Assembly (NCBI GenBank): GCA_965228855.1
Contig: CBDDIJ010000002.1
Location: 2,304,001-2,368,000 of the forward strand
Origin: Candidatus Obscuribacterales bacterium
Lineage (GTDB): Bacteria; Cyanobacteriota; Vampirovibrionia; Obscuribacterales; Obscuribacteraceae
DNA: 64,000 bases
Direction: 5' to 3'
Shown here: positions 29,824-39,025 of the stretch, one piece after another
How positions within the stretch are numbered: the stretch's first letter is position 1
Layout of the letters: every line of letters begins with the position of its first letter
Made by a program: the position numbers and the translations under genes
The notes under the pieces: generated by a model
Told to the model about the DNA's origin: nothing
What the model saw: only the letters and a program-made list of their open reading frames with translations
Databases searched by the model: none

Positions 29824-31242
29824 TTGTCGTCGACAGGAGATCTTTTGAACCCACCGCCTCATGTAGTGATTATTGGTGCTGGTTTCGGCGGACTGGAAGC
29901 CGCGAAACGCATGCATGAAGCACCTGTCAAAATCACACTTATCGACAGGACAAATCATCATCTATTTCAACCTCTTCTGTATCAGGTTGCGATGGCTTCG
30001 ATTTCGTCAACCGAAATCGCGTACCCGATAAGATCGATCTTTCAAAACCAGGAAAACATAACAGTCTTGATGGCAGATGTCACGGGCGTAAATCTCGAAA
30101 AGAGTATTGTGTCCATGGGTGATAGAGAGATTGAATACGATTACTTGATCGTTGCGACCGGATCGCAAAACAGCTATTTTGGACACGCCGAGTGGACGAA
30201 GCATGCCCTCGGGTTGAAGACCTTGCAGGACGCATTTATGATAAGGCGGCAGATTCTTTTGGCGTTTGAAACAGCTGAGAAGCTTGCGCCAATTCAACCC
30301 GTAGACGACTTGTTGACGTTCGTGATAATTGGAGGCGGACCGACTGGTGTCGAACTCGCGGGTTCACTTGCGGAACTTTCGCGAAGAGCTTTGTCAAAAG
30401 ATTTCCGAAACATACGACCATCCTCTGCGAGAATCATCATGATTGAAGGCGCGCCGAGGATTTTGCCGCCGTTCCCGGAGGAAGTCTCGAGATTAGCCGA
30501 GGAGAAACTGCGGTCCTTCGGCGTTGAAGTTCTAACCAACACGTTCGTGACTGACATCAATGAACACGGAGTTCAAATTGGTGACAGATTCATACCGGCA
30601 ATCACAAAACTATGGTGCGCTGGAGTGGCACCAAGTCCTCTTTCAAAAGTACTCGGAGAACAAGGTGTAAAACTGGACCGAGCTGGACGAATAATTCTGC
30701 AAAAGGATCTTTCAATAGACGGTCATCCAAATGTTTTCGCTATCGGTGATATCTCAAGTTACATTCAAGATGGAAAACCGCTTCCCGGGCTCGCTCCCGT
30801 GGCTATGCAGCAGGGGCAGTTTGTTGGCGAAACCATTGAAAATCAAATTACCGGAAAGGATTTGAAGGATTTTCGCTACATTGATCGAGGTACACTGGCA
30901 ACAATCGGTCGCTCGTCGGCAGTGGGCAACATCGGAAAAACTGTATTTAGCGGACTCTTGGCCTGGCTCGCGTGGTTGTTCATTCACGTTATGAACCTGG
31001 TGGGCTTCCGTAATCGTATGGTCGTGATGCTCGATTGGATGTGGTCGTACGTCACATTCCAGCGCGGTGCGCGCTTGATTTCGGACCGAGGTCATCATGG
31101 CGCTATAGATGTTGAAATCTATCTGCAGGAAGCAATTTCCAAACACAAACAGGCGTTAGGTTCATCGGATGGAAGCCGTTTAGAATTGGTGTCTGAAAAA
31201 CAAAGTAATGATGGAAAGGTTTCGGTTCCGTCCGTTGAGTGA
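29824..31242 (+). CDS. ndh: Type II NADH dehydrogenase (NDH-2)
   Basis: GAGFGG, HLFQPLLYQVA, GGGPTGVELAG, FAIGD and APVAMQQG motifs. Confidence 0.93.
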   Translation: MSSTGDLLNPPPHVVIIGAGFGGLEAAKRMHEAPVKITLIDRTNHHLFQPLLYQVAMASISSTEIAYPIRSIFQNQENITVLMADVTGVNLEKSIVSMGDREIEYDYLIVATGSQNSYFGHAEWTKHALGLKTLQDAFMIRRQILLAFETAEKLAPIQPVDDLLTFVIIGGGPTGVELAGSLAELSRRALSKDFRNIRPSSARIIMIEGAPRILPPFPEEVSRLAEEKLRSFGVEVLTNTFVTDINEHGVQIGDRFIPAITKLWCAGVAPSPLSKVLGEQGVKLDRAGRIILQKDLSIDGHPNVFAIGDISSYIQDGKPLPGLAPVAMQQGQFVGETIENQITGKDLKDFRYIDRGTLATIGRSSAVGNIGKTVFSGLLAWLAWLFIHVMNLVGFRNRMVVMLDWMWSYVTFQRGARLISDRGHHGAIDVEIYLQEAISKHKQALGSSDGSRLELVSEKQSNDGKVSVPSVE

Positions 31243-31260
31243 TACCACATTTGATGCCAA

Positions 31261-31962
31261 CTATTGAGACTTTATAGTCGGCATTGTGGGGGCCGCAATC
31301 GGTGTGTAGTCAGAAGTCAGGGGCGCATCTTTTTCGTCGCGAATGCCAAAGTCGTTTCGCTCGATCACCTTTTTAAGTTTTTTGGGATTTAGCTTGTCCA
31401 TCAAGTAGATTATTTCGATTTGAGCATACCTCGGCTCGTAAACGACCGGTCCACCATTCGGCGCGGGGCGAATCACTCGTGCATATTTGATTCCGTCTTG
31501 CTCTCGGACTTTCTTCTCCAGCTGCATGAGGCATGAAACACAGAGTGACCCTTTTAGCCTGGCACGCATGACTCTCAGGTTTTCCGGTTGACCTTTGAGC
31601 GCTGTCAGCTGGGCTTCAAGCGCGGTGTCCTTAAGCGGCGTAGTACGTAATGCCGGTTCGAGGTCGCCGCCGGTAGCCGCATCTACGACTGCTTTATTTG
31701 CTGCCTCCTGGGCCGCTGAACTCGGCGAAACTGCTTGAGCAGTTTCAATCCGGTTAGATTTTACCGAGCCCTTACCATCGGCTACTTCTGCGGTGGGATT
31801 CTCAGCACGTTTATCCGACTCGCCCTCGACCCCGGCAGTCGCTCCTTTGTCCTGGGGGACCGTGATGCTAAAACGCTCATCAGTGGAGGGTTGCATCCAT
31901 TTTGGCGCAAGCGAAAATGTAGTGTTTGCCAGCAATAAAACAACCAGAAGATTTGTCAGCAT
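31261..31962 (-). CDS. Exported protein with C-terminal HMA-like (CxxC) domain
   Basis: Hydrophobic N-terminus from ATG 31962; LKGSLCVSCL...LEKKVREQDGI...KVIERNDF resembles the HMA fold. Confidence 0.6.
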   Translation of the reverse strand: MLTNLLVVLLLANTTFSLAPKWMQPSTDERFSITVPQDKGATAGVEGESDKRAENPTAEVADGKGSVKSNRIETAQAVSPSSAAQEAANKAVVDAATGGDLEPALRTTPLKDTALEAQLTALKGQPENLRVMRARLKGSLCVSCLMQLEKKVREQDGIKYARVIRPAPNGGPVVYEPRYAQIEIIYLMDKLNPKKLKKVIERNDFGIRDEKDAPLTSDYTPIAAPTMPTIKSQ

Positions 31963-32123
31963 TAAGATATGGACCAGTCCTTTATATAAGTTTGCGTATC
32001 CATTGTCGCGCAAATGATGCCGTTTTAGATGAAAGATGAACCCTGAAGTGTGGTTACAAGTGAATTTATTAAGATCTCCAGAGGCGATCAGCGTTATGAT
32101 GGTCTCTGTTAAGTTCTGATCTA

Positions 32124-34112
32124 ATGGGACTTTCAGGGATCATGCAAACGCTAGTACAGCATCCGACCTCTTTCCTGGATGCAATTGTGACACCAGCCGA
32201 ACTAAAGAAGCTCTCGATAAACGAGCTGAGATCGCTGGCGCAGGAGATACGTGCAGAGATTGTTCGCAATCTCAATAAGACCGGCGGGCACCTGGCTTCT
32301 AATCTCGGCATTGTCGAAATTACGCTGGCGCTCCACTATGTTTTTGAGACACCAAGAGACCAAATTTTGTGGGACGTAGGGCATCAAGCGTACGTTCACA
32401 AAATGCTCACCGGGCGTCGCGATAAGTTTCAGTCGCTTCGGCAGTTTAAGGGTTTATCCGGCTTCATCAACCCGCAAGAGAGCGAGCACGACTCGTTCGT
32501 AGCAGGTCATAGTTCTACCTCTGTTTCTCTTGGCGTGGGTATGGCGATTGCTCGTGACCACCTTAAACAGGATCACAAGGTTATCGCCTTGATTGGAGAT
32601 GGTGGTTTGACTGGCGGTATGGCGCTCGAGGCGCTGAATCACCTGGGTCATATCCAACGTGATGTTTTGATTTTGCTGAACGACAATGAAATGTCCATCA
32701 GCGAAAACCTTGGTGGCTTCTCGCAGTACATGAAGCGCATTAAGGAAACGTTCTTCTACAAAGATATAAAGCAGAAAATCACTCAACTGGAAGATCAGCT
32801 GGACGGAATGTCTCTGACTCCTGCAGTGTGGAAGCTCATCGAGTCCGTTAAACACGAGGCGACCGAGCGAATTGATACTCCCGGAATCGTTTTTGAAAAG
32901 CTGGGAGTTAACTACAGTGGTCCGATTGATGGTCACGATGTCGGTGCCATCATCGAGATGTTCAACAAGGTTAAAAACGAGCGCGTTCCGCTTATCGCTC
33001 ATTTGATTACGCAAAAAGGAAAAGGTTTCGATCCTGCCGAGCGCGATTCGATTAAATATCACGGTGTGAAAAAGTCTTTCGAGCCACGCGTGGAGCCGGC
33101 TGCATCGGAGCAAGCCCAGAAATCCAAATCGGCTAAAACCTACTCGGACGTTTTCACTGATGCGCTTATCGATTTAGCGAAAGTAGAACCGAATCTGGTG
33201 GCAATCACTCCGGCAACTGCTGAAGGCAGTGGTCTGGTGAAGTTTGGAAAAGCATATCCTGAGCGCTTCTTTGACGTCGCCATTTGCGAACAGCACGCCG
33301 TCACGATGGCTGCGGGCATGGCGAAAGCCGGATTAAAACCGGTTGTCTCGATTTACTCGACCTTCCTGCAGCGAGCAATCGACCAGGTAATACACGACGT
33401 CGCCATAATGAACTTGCCGGTCGTCTTCGGTATAGACAGAGGCGGATTAGTCGAAGACGGTGAAACTCACCAGGGTGTTTTCGATATTGCGTTCATGCGT
33501 AGCGTGCCGAATTTCACGGTTCTTGCTCCAAAGGATGCTAACGAACTTCGCAGCATGTTGTACATGACCATAAAGGAGTCGAAGGGACCGGTAGCAATTC
33601 GCTTCCCTCGCGACGAGGCCGTTAACCCGGAGAATCTCGCGTCTGGCGAAACTTTTACGACCATCGATTGTACGAAGTGGGAAGTTCTGCAGGAAGGTGC
33701 ACCGCTCAATGGCTCAAACGGCAACATTGTAGTTCTCGCTCACGGCGCCATGGTGAAAGCGGCTACCGAAGCTAGTCTCGGTTTGAAAGAAAAGGGCATC
33801 GACATCACGATTGTGAATGCCCGTTCAGTGAAACCGCTCGATGTTCAAATGCTAAACACGCTTCTCGACAATCCGGAGAATCAGATCATTACTCTGGAAG
33901 AAGGCTGTGTGTCCGGCGGTTTTGGCGCGGCAGTTCTCGAGCACCGCTCACAGTATCGCGTAACCGATCCGAAGAAAAAGCTTGCTGAGGTCGTACCGCT
34001 CGGCGTTCCGGATCGCTTTATCGAGCACGGTGGCAGAGCAATTCTTCTTGATGAAGTCGGTTTAGGTCACAAGAAGCTGGTTGAGTTTATCAGCGGTTTC
34101 GCCGGACAATAG
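32124..34112 (+). CDS. dxs: 1-deoxy-D-xylulose-5-phosphate synthase
   Basis: GGHLASNLG, WDVGHQAY, GDGGLTGGMALEALN, DRGG...DGETHQG and IRFPR motifs. Confidence 0.97.
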   Translation: MGLSGIMQTLVQHPTSFLDAIVTPAELKKLSINELRSLAQEIRAEIVRNLNKTGGHLASNLGIVEITLALHYVFETPRDQILWDVGHQAYVHKMLTGRRDKFQSLRQFKGLSGFINPQESEHDSFVAGHSSTSVSLGVGMAIARDHLKQDHKVIALIGDGGLTGGMALEALNHLGHIQRDVLILLNDNEMSISENLGGFSQYMKRIKETFFYKDIKQKITQLEDQLDGMSLTPAVWKLIESVKHEATERIDTPGIVFEKLGVNYSGPIDGHDVGAIIEMFNKVKNERVPLIAHLITQKGKGFDPAERDSIKYHGVKKSFEPRVEPAASEQAQKSKSAKTYSDVFTDALIDLAKVEPNLVAITPATAEGSGLVKFGKAYPERFFDVAICEQHAVTMAAGMAKAGLKPVVSIYSTFLQRAIDQVIHDVAIMNLPVVFGIDRGGLVEDGETHQGVFDIAFMRSVPNFTVLAPKDANELRSMLYMTIKESKGPVAIRFPRDEAVNPENLASGETFTTIDCTKWEVLQEGAPLNGSNGNIVVLAHGAMVKAATEASLGLKEKGIDITIVNARSVKPLDVQMLNTLLDNPENQIITLEEGCVSGGFGAAVLEHRSQYRVTDPKKKLAEVVPLGVPDRFIEHGGRAILLDEVGLGHKKLVEFISGFAGQ

Positions 34113-34325
34113 ACCTCTTTGCTCGATACAATGCAGTTCAGCTCAGGCACAAAAGGTCCTGATCCTCTTGTGGTTGCTATTGCGATTTTCCCCCTCGAGT
34201 GACAAGGTCTTGTCACTGCGACGGTTGAATTCGACAGTGCGAAAACATTCTTGGCGTAGTTCAATTGCCTCAGGACTTGAGGGTAATTGGATGAATGCAG
34301 TTGTGGCTGGACAAAGAGGTGCGGA

Positions 34326-35909
34326 ATGGATTCAGCAGAGCGAATGCGAAGCATGTGCGAGATACCGGCTCGAAAACCTTCGTTTGCAGACACTGCTTGG
34401 TCGGAGTGTGCTGCTGGTGCTCCTGGAGTTAGTGCTCTGGTTTTCGGCACCGTAGATGGTGTCAAAGAGCAGTTCGACAAATATTCGCGTGGCACAATTT
34501 CCCTTCCTGTGTTGGAGATAGCAGGTGCGGTTGGGCTTGGAGTGGCGCTTAACGCTGCACCGAAATGGCTGGCTGTGCCTGCCGCAGTTGTCGGCGGCGC
34601 AGGCTCATTACAATATCTGCAAGAGGTTCAAACTACTGCATCACGAGTTTTGCCGGCACTAACCGAACGAAGTTCGACGGCGGAGCGAACTCGAAAAATC
34701 GTGGCTTCCGAGGTCGGACCGCTTGCTTCTGAAACGGTTTGTCTGGCGGCGCTCGGTCTCGTCTCTTCCGGTTTTACCTCGCATGTCGCAGGTCGGATAG
34801 AGCGACCTTCTAAGTTGTTGCAGATTCGGAGATCTAAGTCTCATTTCGAAATTGGAACGGAGTCGAATCTGTCCGATTTTCGAAGTTACAAATTACCGCA
34901 TGTGGATCTGAGGTACTTCGCTCCAACCGCCGCTTCTCATAGTCGTTTGCATTACTTCGATGTTTCAAAACTTCAGCGAAATGGCTTCGGCGAAAATGCG
35001 ACGCTGAAGTTTTCTCCCTATATGCAATTGACGAATGACGACGCAAAACATTCGCTGATAAAACAGTTTCAGTCATCTCACAAATGGAATTCTTCACCAG
35101 AAGGGTATGTGAGAGTTCCTATTCTACCGCGTCAGTATTCCAATGTGGCTCTCGGTTTACGACCCAAGACCCATGCCGACAGTAAGTTATATGAATTCGC
35201 GAAAGACTCGATTGTTCAAGTTCATGGAGTCGGTTCCGACAATCAGGCTTGGAGCGGTTCGGGATTTTTCGTCGAACGGGACGGTAAGATTGCGACGGCT
35301 TTGCACGTTGTCGCTGACGCTAAAAAAGTGCGAGTAACATCCAGTGATGGTATTAAATATGATGCCGCCTTAATTGCTCATGACTTTGATTCCGATACCG
35401 CCATCCTGAAGGTGCACAGTCTCGGAACAACGTTTAAACCCCTTCAGTTGGCGGCATCTAATGAACCTGTGAAGAGCGATGTTTTCCTCTTCGGCCATCC
35501 GGCAGGTTCGAAAACCATGTTTATGTCTCCCGGATTATTTCATCGTAAAGGTTATGAGCGGGCATATCTGTCCCCAACGGACAGTAATGAAATCCTTTAC
35601 CGCGGGCGAGTCTTCGAGACCAGGGCCTATTTCTTGCATGACCGGAAAGGAAACTCCGGTGGTCCGGTTTTAAATTCAGACGGCAAAGTTATCGCGCTGC
35701 ATACAGATGGCGATCTGCATGCGTGCAATTCTTATGATGAAGTGAGAGTCGGTGTTGGTGCAGCATCTAGCGAACTGTCAAAGTTGTTGGTCCTGGCGCG
35801 AGGCAAAGAAGACACGTCGCATCAAATATGGAGACCTCATCTCCTCTTTCCGCGCGAAACGGAGTCGCTGTCAGCCAGAAATCGATGGTGGTCGTTTCTC
35901 TTGCCGTGA
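34326..35909 (+). CDS. Trypsin-like serine protease (no PDZ) with hydrophobic N-terminal region
   Basis: GSGFF, ATALHVV, DTAIL and KGNSGGPV motifs. ATG 34326 follows an AGAGG RBS. Confidence 0.8.
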   Translation: MDSAERMRSMCEIPARKPSFADTAWSECAAGAPGVSALVFGTVDGVKEQFDKYSRGTISLPVLEIAGAVGLGVALNAAPKWLAVPAAVVGGAGSLQYLQEVQTTASRVLPALTERSSTAERTRKIVASEVGPLASETVCLAALGLVSSGFTSHVAGRIERPSKLLQIRRSKSHFEIGTESNLSDFRSYKLPHVDLRYFAPTAASHSRLHYFDVSKLQRNGFGENATLKFSPYMQLTNDDAKHSLIKQFQSSHKWNSSPEGYVRVPILPRQYSNVALGLRPKTHADSKLYEFAKDSIVQVHGVGSDNQAWSGSGFFVERDGKIATALHVVADAKKVRVTSSDGIKYDAALIAHDFDSDTAILKVHSLGTTFKPLQLAASNEPVKSDVFLFGHPAGSKTMFMSPGLFHRKGYERAYLSPTDSNEILYRGRVFETRAYFLHDRKGNSGGPVLNSDGKVIALHTDGDLHACNSYDEVRVGVGAASSELSKLLVLARGKEDTSHQIWRPHLLFPRETESLSARNRWWSFLLP

Positions 35910-35913
35910 GAAA

Positions 35914-36510
35914 CTAAACTTCGCGCCTGCCCTCGAGAGCCCGCGATAGAGTCAAATCGTCTGCATACTCAAGATCCGCGCCCATCGGCAGTCCGAATGC
36001 GATACGCGTGACCCTGATGCCGAGTGGTTTTAACAGATTGTTCAGATACAGCACCGTCGCGTCACCCTCGATGGTCGGATTGATGGCGAGAATTACTTCT
36101 TTAATGCCGTCTGTGTGAACGCGATTAATCAACTCGCGGATGCTGAGTTGGTCGGGACCTTTGCCTTCCAGAGGTGAAATCAGACCGGTAAGGACGTGAT
36201 ACCGCCCTTTGAATTCGCGGGTTCGCTCTAACGCGATTACGTCTTTTGAGTCAGCAACCACACACATTACGAGTGGTTCTCTACGCTCACTGGTGCAAAT
36301 TTCGCACGGATCCTGTGCGGACAAGTGGTAACAACGGCTGCAGTTTTTAACGCGCTCTTTCGCGTCCACGAGCGCGTCTGCAAATTGCGTGACGTCATCT
36401 TTTGACATGCCTAAAACGAAGAAAGCCATGCGTTGAGCCGATTTCGGACCAATGCCTGGAAACTTTTGAAATTGCTCTATCAGTCTTGCCAGCGGTGGTG
36501 TGAATTGCAT
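35914..36510 (-). CDS. recR: Recombination mediator RecR
   Basis: [11 protein letters not shown]hH, C4 zinc finger, Toprim NPTIEGDAT and ALEGRR. Confidence 0.97.
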   Translation of the reverse strand: MQFTPPLARLIEQFQKFPGIGPKSAQRMAFFVLGMSKDDVTQFADALVDAKERVKNCSRCYHLSAQDPCEICTSERREPLVMCVVADSKDVIALERTREFKGRYHVLTGLISPLEGKGPDQLSIRELINRVHTDGIKEVILAINPTIEGDATVLYLNNLLKPLGIRVTRIAFGLPMGADLEYADDLTLSRALEGRREV

Positions 36511-36516
36511 ACGTCC

Positions 36517-36828
36517 CTAGAACCCGCCCCCCATGCCCGGAGGCATCTTCAGGTTCTGCGCGGTATGTTCCTGGCATTGCACGATGGCGCTGTTGATAGC
36601 GACTACAAGCAAATCTTCCAGCATGCCCAGATCGCTTATATCCACCGCTTCCGGCTTGATTTTGACTGCTTGGAACTCCATCGCGCCATTGCAACGAACC
36701 GTAACTGCGCCGCCGCCAGCCGTGCCTTCCACTTTTTTGAGTTTCAATTCTTCCTGCAATCTCATGACTTCTTTCTGCATGTGTTGCAATTGCTCGTAAA
36801 GCTTGTTGATATCCGGTGGTTGGTGCAT
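36517..36828 (-). CDS. ybaB: YbaB/EbfC nucleoid-associated protein
   Basis: VEGTAGGGAVTV...LEDLLVVAINSA; ATG 36828 after AGGAG; adjacent to recR. Confidence 0.93.
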   Translation of the reverse strand: MHQPPDINKLYEQLQHMQKEVMRLQEELKLKKVEGTAGGGAVTVRCNGAMEFQAVKIKPEAVDISDLGMLEDLLVVAINSAIVQCQEHTAQNLKMPPGMGGGF

Positions 36829-37045
36829 TGTGTTCTCCTGATCCGCGCATGGCTTTTCACGCACTTTGCTAGGATTATCTCACGGGAAGAATGCGAGGAT
36901 TTACGACTACATGGGCTTCTTGGGAGGCATGCCGTAAATCTTTATTAATGGTGTCAGGCTGCGGCTATCGAAGCATGGCACAAGTATCTATACTAGTCGG
37001 CGAGAAACCCGTTAATCCGCTTCAACTCTTGATGGGGTGAGGAAA

Positions 37046-37234
37046 ATGGCTGAATTCGAAACAAACGCAGAAAATGCCGAAGCATCCGAAGACGGCGACA
37101 AAGAAAGCCTGGCGCATCGCTCTAAGGGATTGCTGGATAAGTCGCTCAAGCGACTCGTTTTATTTGTCTCTTTCGGACCTGGAGTTTTAGGATTTCTGTG
37201 GCTAATTGGACGTATCTTAAAGCCCTCGCGCTAA
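37046..37234 (+). CDS. Small membrane protein, hypothetical
   Basis: GAGGA RBS; acidic N-terminus with one TM segment; overlaps the 5' end of the next ORF. Confidence 0.45.
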   Translation: MAEFETNAENAEASEDGDKESLAHRSKGLLDKSLKRLVLFVSFGPGVLGFLWLIGRILKPSR

Positions 37235-38106
37235 CAGATCCTCTGGCGTACCTGGAGAAGCGCAACCCGACGTACTGTGAGCGGTACGGCGCGGATGTCG
37301 ACGAATTCGGTTACGACATCCACACTTATGCGCGCTGGGAGCCGCTTTTCAGATTTCTCTTCGAGGATTATTTCAAAGTCGATATTCGCGGCATTGAGAA
37401 CATTCCCCACGAAGGTCGAGGCATTCTAGTTGGCAATCACTCGGGATTGCTGCCGCTGGACGGTGCCATGCTGAGCATCGCGATGTGCAATTACAACCAA
37501 TCTCCGCGCCGAGTGCGGTACCTGGTCACGGACTGGTTTTTCAGCGTTCCAGGAATGGCTTCCTGGATGCGCGAGACCGGTCAGGTCCGTGCCACTCTGG
37601 ACAATGCCCAGAAGTTGCTTGCAAACGACGAACTGGTGGGCATTTATCCTGAGGGAATTCGCGGGGTCGGTAAGCCCTTTCGCGAGCGCTATCGAGTTCT
37701 GGATTTCCATCCTGGATTCGTTCAACTTGCTCTGGAGACCCAGACGCCTTTAATTCCTATCGCGACTGTCGGTGGAGACGAGATTTTTCCGAACTTCGTC
37801 AACTTGAAAGACATCGCTCGACTAGTGGGCATGCCATTCTTCCCGATCACACTGGGTTTTCCATGGCTGCCATTCCCGTTGATGTTTTTCCCTTTGCCGG
37901 TTAGATGGCTCATCAAGATCCACAAGCCGATAGATTTAAACTATCCAGCATCTAAAGCGAAAGACCGGAGATTTGTTCTCGGCATTGCTCGTGATATTCA
38001 GCATATGATTCAGGAAGACTTGAATGAAATGCTGCGGCTCCGGAAAAACGTCTTCACCGGCTGGGACGACGACGACAACACAACCGAAAAAGAGGAAGCG
38101 AAATGA
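37198..38106 (+). CDS. Lysophospholipid/glycerol acyltransferase (LPLAT family)
   Basis: VGNHSGLLPLD catalytic His/Asp, IYPEG and PIATVG motifs. Confidence 0.9.
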   Translation: MANWTYLKALALTDPLAYLEKRNPTYCERYGADVDEFGYDIHTYARWEPLFRFLFEDYFKVDIRGIENIPHEGRGILVGNHSGLLPLDGAMLSIAMCNYNQSPRRVRYLVTDWFFSVPGMASWMRETGQVRATLDNAQKLLANDELVGIYPEGIRGVGKPFRERYRVLDFHPGFVQLALETQTPLIPIATVGGDEIFPNFVNLKDIARLVGMPFFPITLGFPWLPFPLMFFPLPVRWLIKIHKPIDLNYPASKAKDRRFVLGIARDIQHMIQEDLNEMLRLRKNVFTGWDDDDNTTEKEEAK

Positions 38107-38915
38107 GCAATTTCGTGGCGACCTATCGCGAATTCGTAAAACAATCCGCGAAGTCAGACCAATACTGGGGATTCGATCTTCGTGCTCTGGCGCGGCTGGA
38201 ACCTTTTCTTTCCTTTCTCTACTTCGATTGGTGGAAAGTTAGCTTCGAAGGGCTGGACCGTTTGCCTAAAGAAGGACCTGCCGTAATCGTTGGAAATCAG
38301 GGCAGTGTCCTGCCCTGGCAAGCTTTGATGCTTATTTATGGAATGATGTCCAATGCGGATAATCCGCGTCGAGTGCATATAATGTGTGATCTCGACTGGA
38401 TAGAAGACGAACGGCTCAATGCGTTTCTCATCGAGATCGGTTTTGTGCCGTGGTCCTCGGCAAGCATGAAACGTTTGTTTGCTAAAGGCGAAATCGTTGC
38501 AATCTTTCCTGAAGGTGTTGCGGGGTTGGCGAAACCTTACAGCCAGCGGTACCGTTTGCAGGAATTCGATTGGACTAGATTGCTTCCGGCTGTCGAGGAA
38601 GGCGTGAAGATTTTTCCTCTTTCCACTCTCGGTTGTGATGAGGCCGTTCCGTTAATTTGGAACGCAGAACGTCTCGCTAAGTTTTTGAAGATGCCATACT
38701 TTCCTGTATCGCCGTTCTTTCCATGGTTCCCTTTTCCGCTGAATCTTGCTTCAAAGTCGATTCCGTGGAAGATGAACCTGATGAAGGAAGCGAAGTTTCA
38801 GACCTCCCAGGAGCGCGATGAAATTGAGGACGAAACAAAGACTTTATCCAGACGGCTTGAAGGCGAGATCCAGGCTCAATTGAACCGGGATTTGCGCCGC
38901 CGTTTCAAGGCGTAA
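38103..38915 (+). CDS. LPLAT-family paralogue lacking the catalytic His/Asp
   Basis: VGNQGSVLPWQ at the HxxxxD position; IFPEG retained; ATGA overlap with the upstream paralogue. Confidence 0.8.
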   Translation: MSNFVATYREFVKQSAKSDQYWGFDLRALARLEPFLSFLYFDWWKVSFEGLDRLPKEGPAVIVGNQGSVLPWQALMLIYGMMSNADNPRRVHIMCDLDWIEDERLNAFLIEIGFVPWSSASMKRLFAKGEIVAIFPEGVAGLAKPYSQRYRLQEFDWTRLLPAVEEGVKIFPLSTLGCDEAVPLIWNAERLAKFLKMPYFPVSPFFPWFPFPLNLASKSIPWKMNLMKEAKFQTSQERDEIEDETKTLSRRLEGEIQAQLNRDLRRRFKA

Positions 38916-39025
38916 AGTTATTCGTCGCCGCTCGCTCGGCGCGGGCGTCTGCTAAGCACTTCAAGAGGTCAGGAATACCTAAGTTCTGGTAGTCTTTAAG
39001 AAGTCCGTTAGTTCGATTGGTTGTC

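Noticed and set aside
12291..36828. Region between dnaX and recR-ybaB as an insertion splitting a dnaX-ybaB-recR operon
   Set aside because: Transcriptional order is wrong for a simple insertion, essential dxs lies inside, and no integrase or att repeats were seen.
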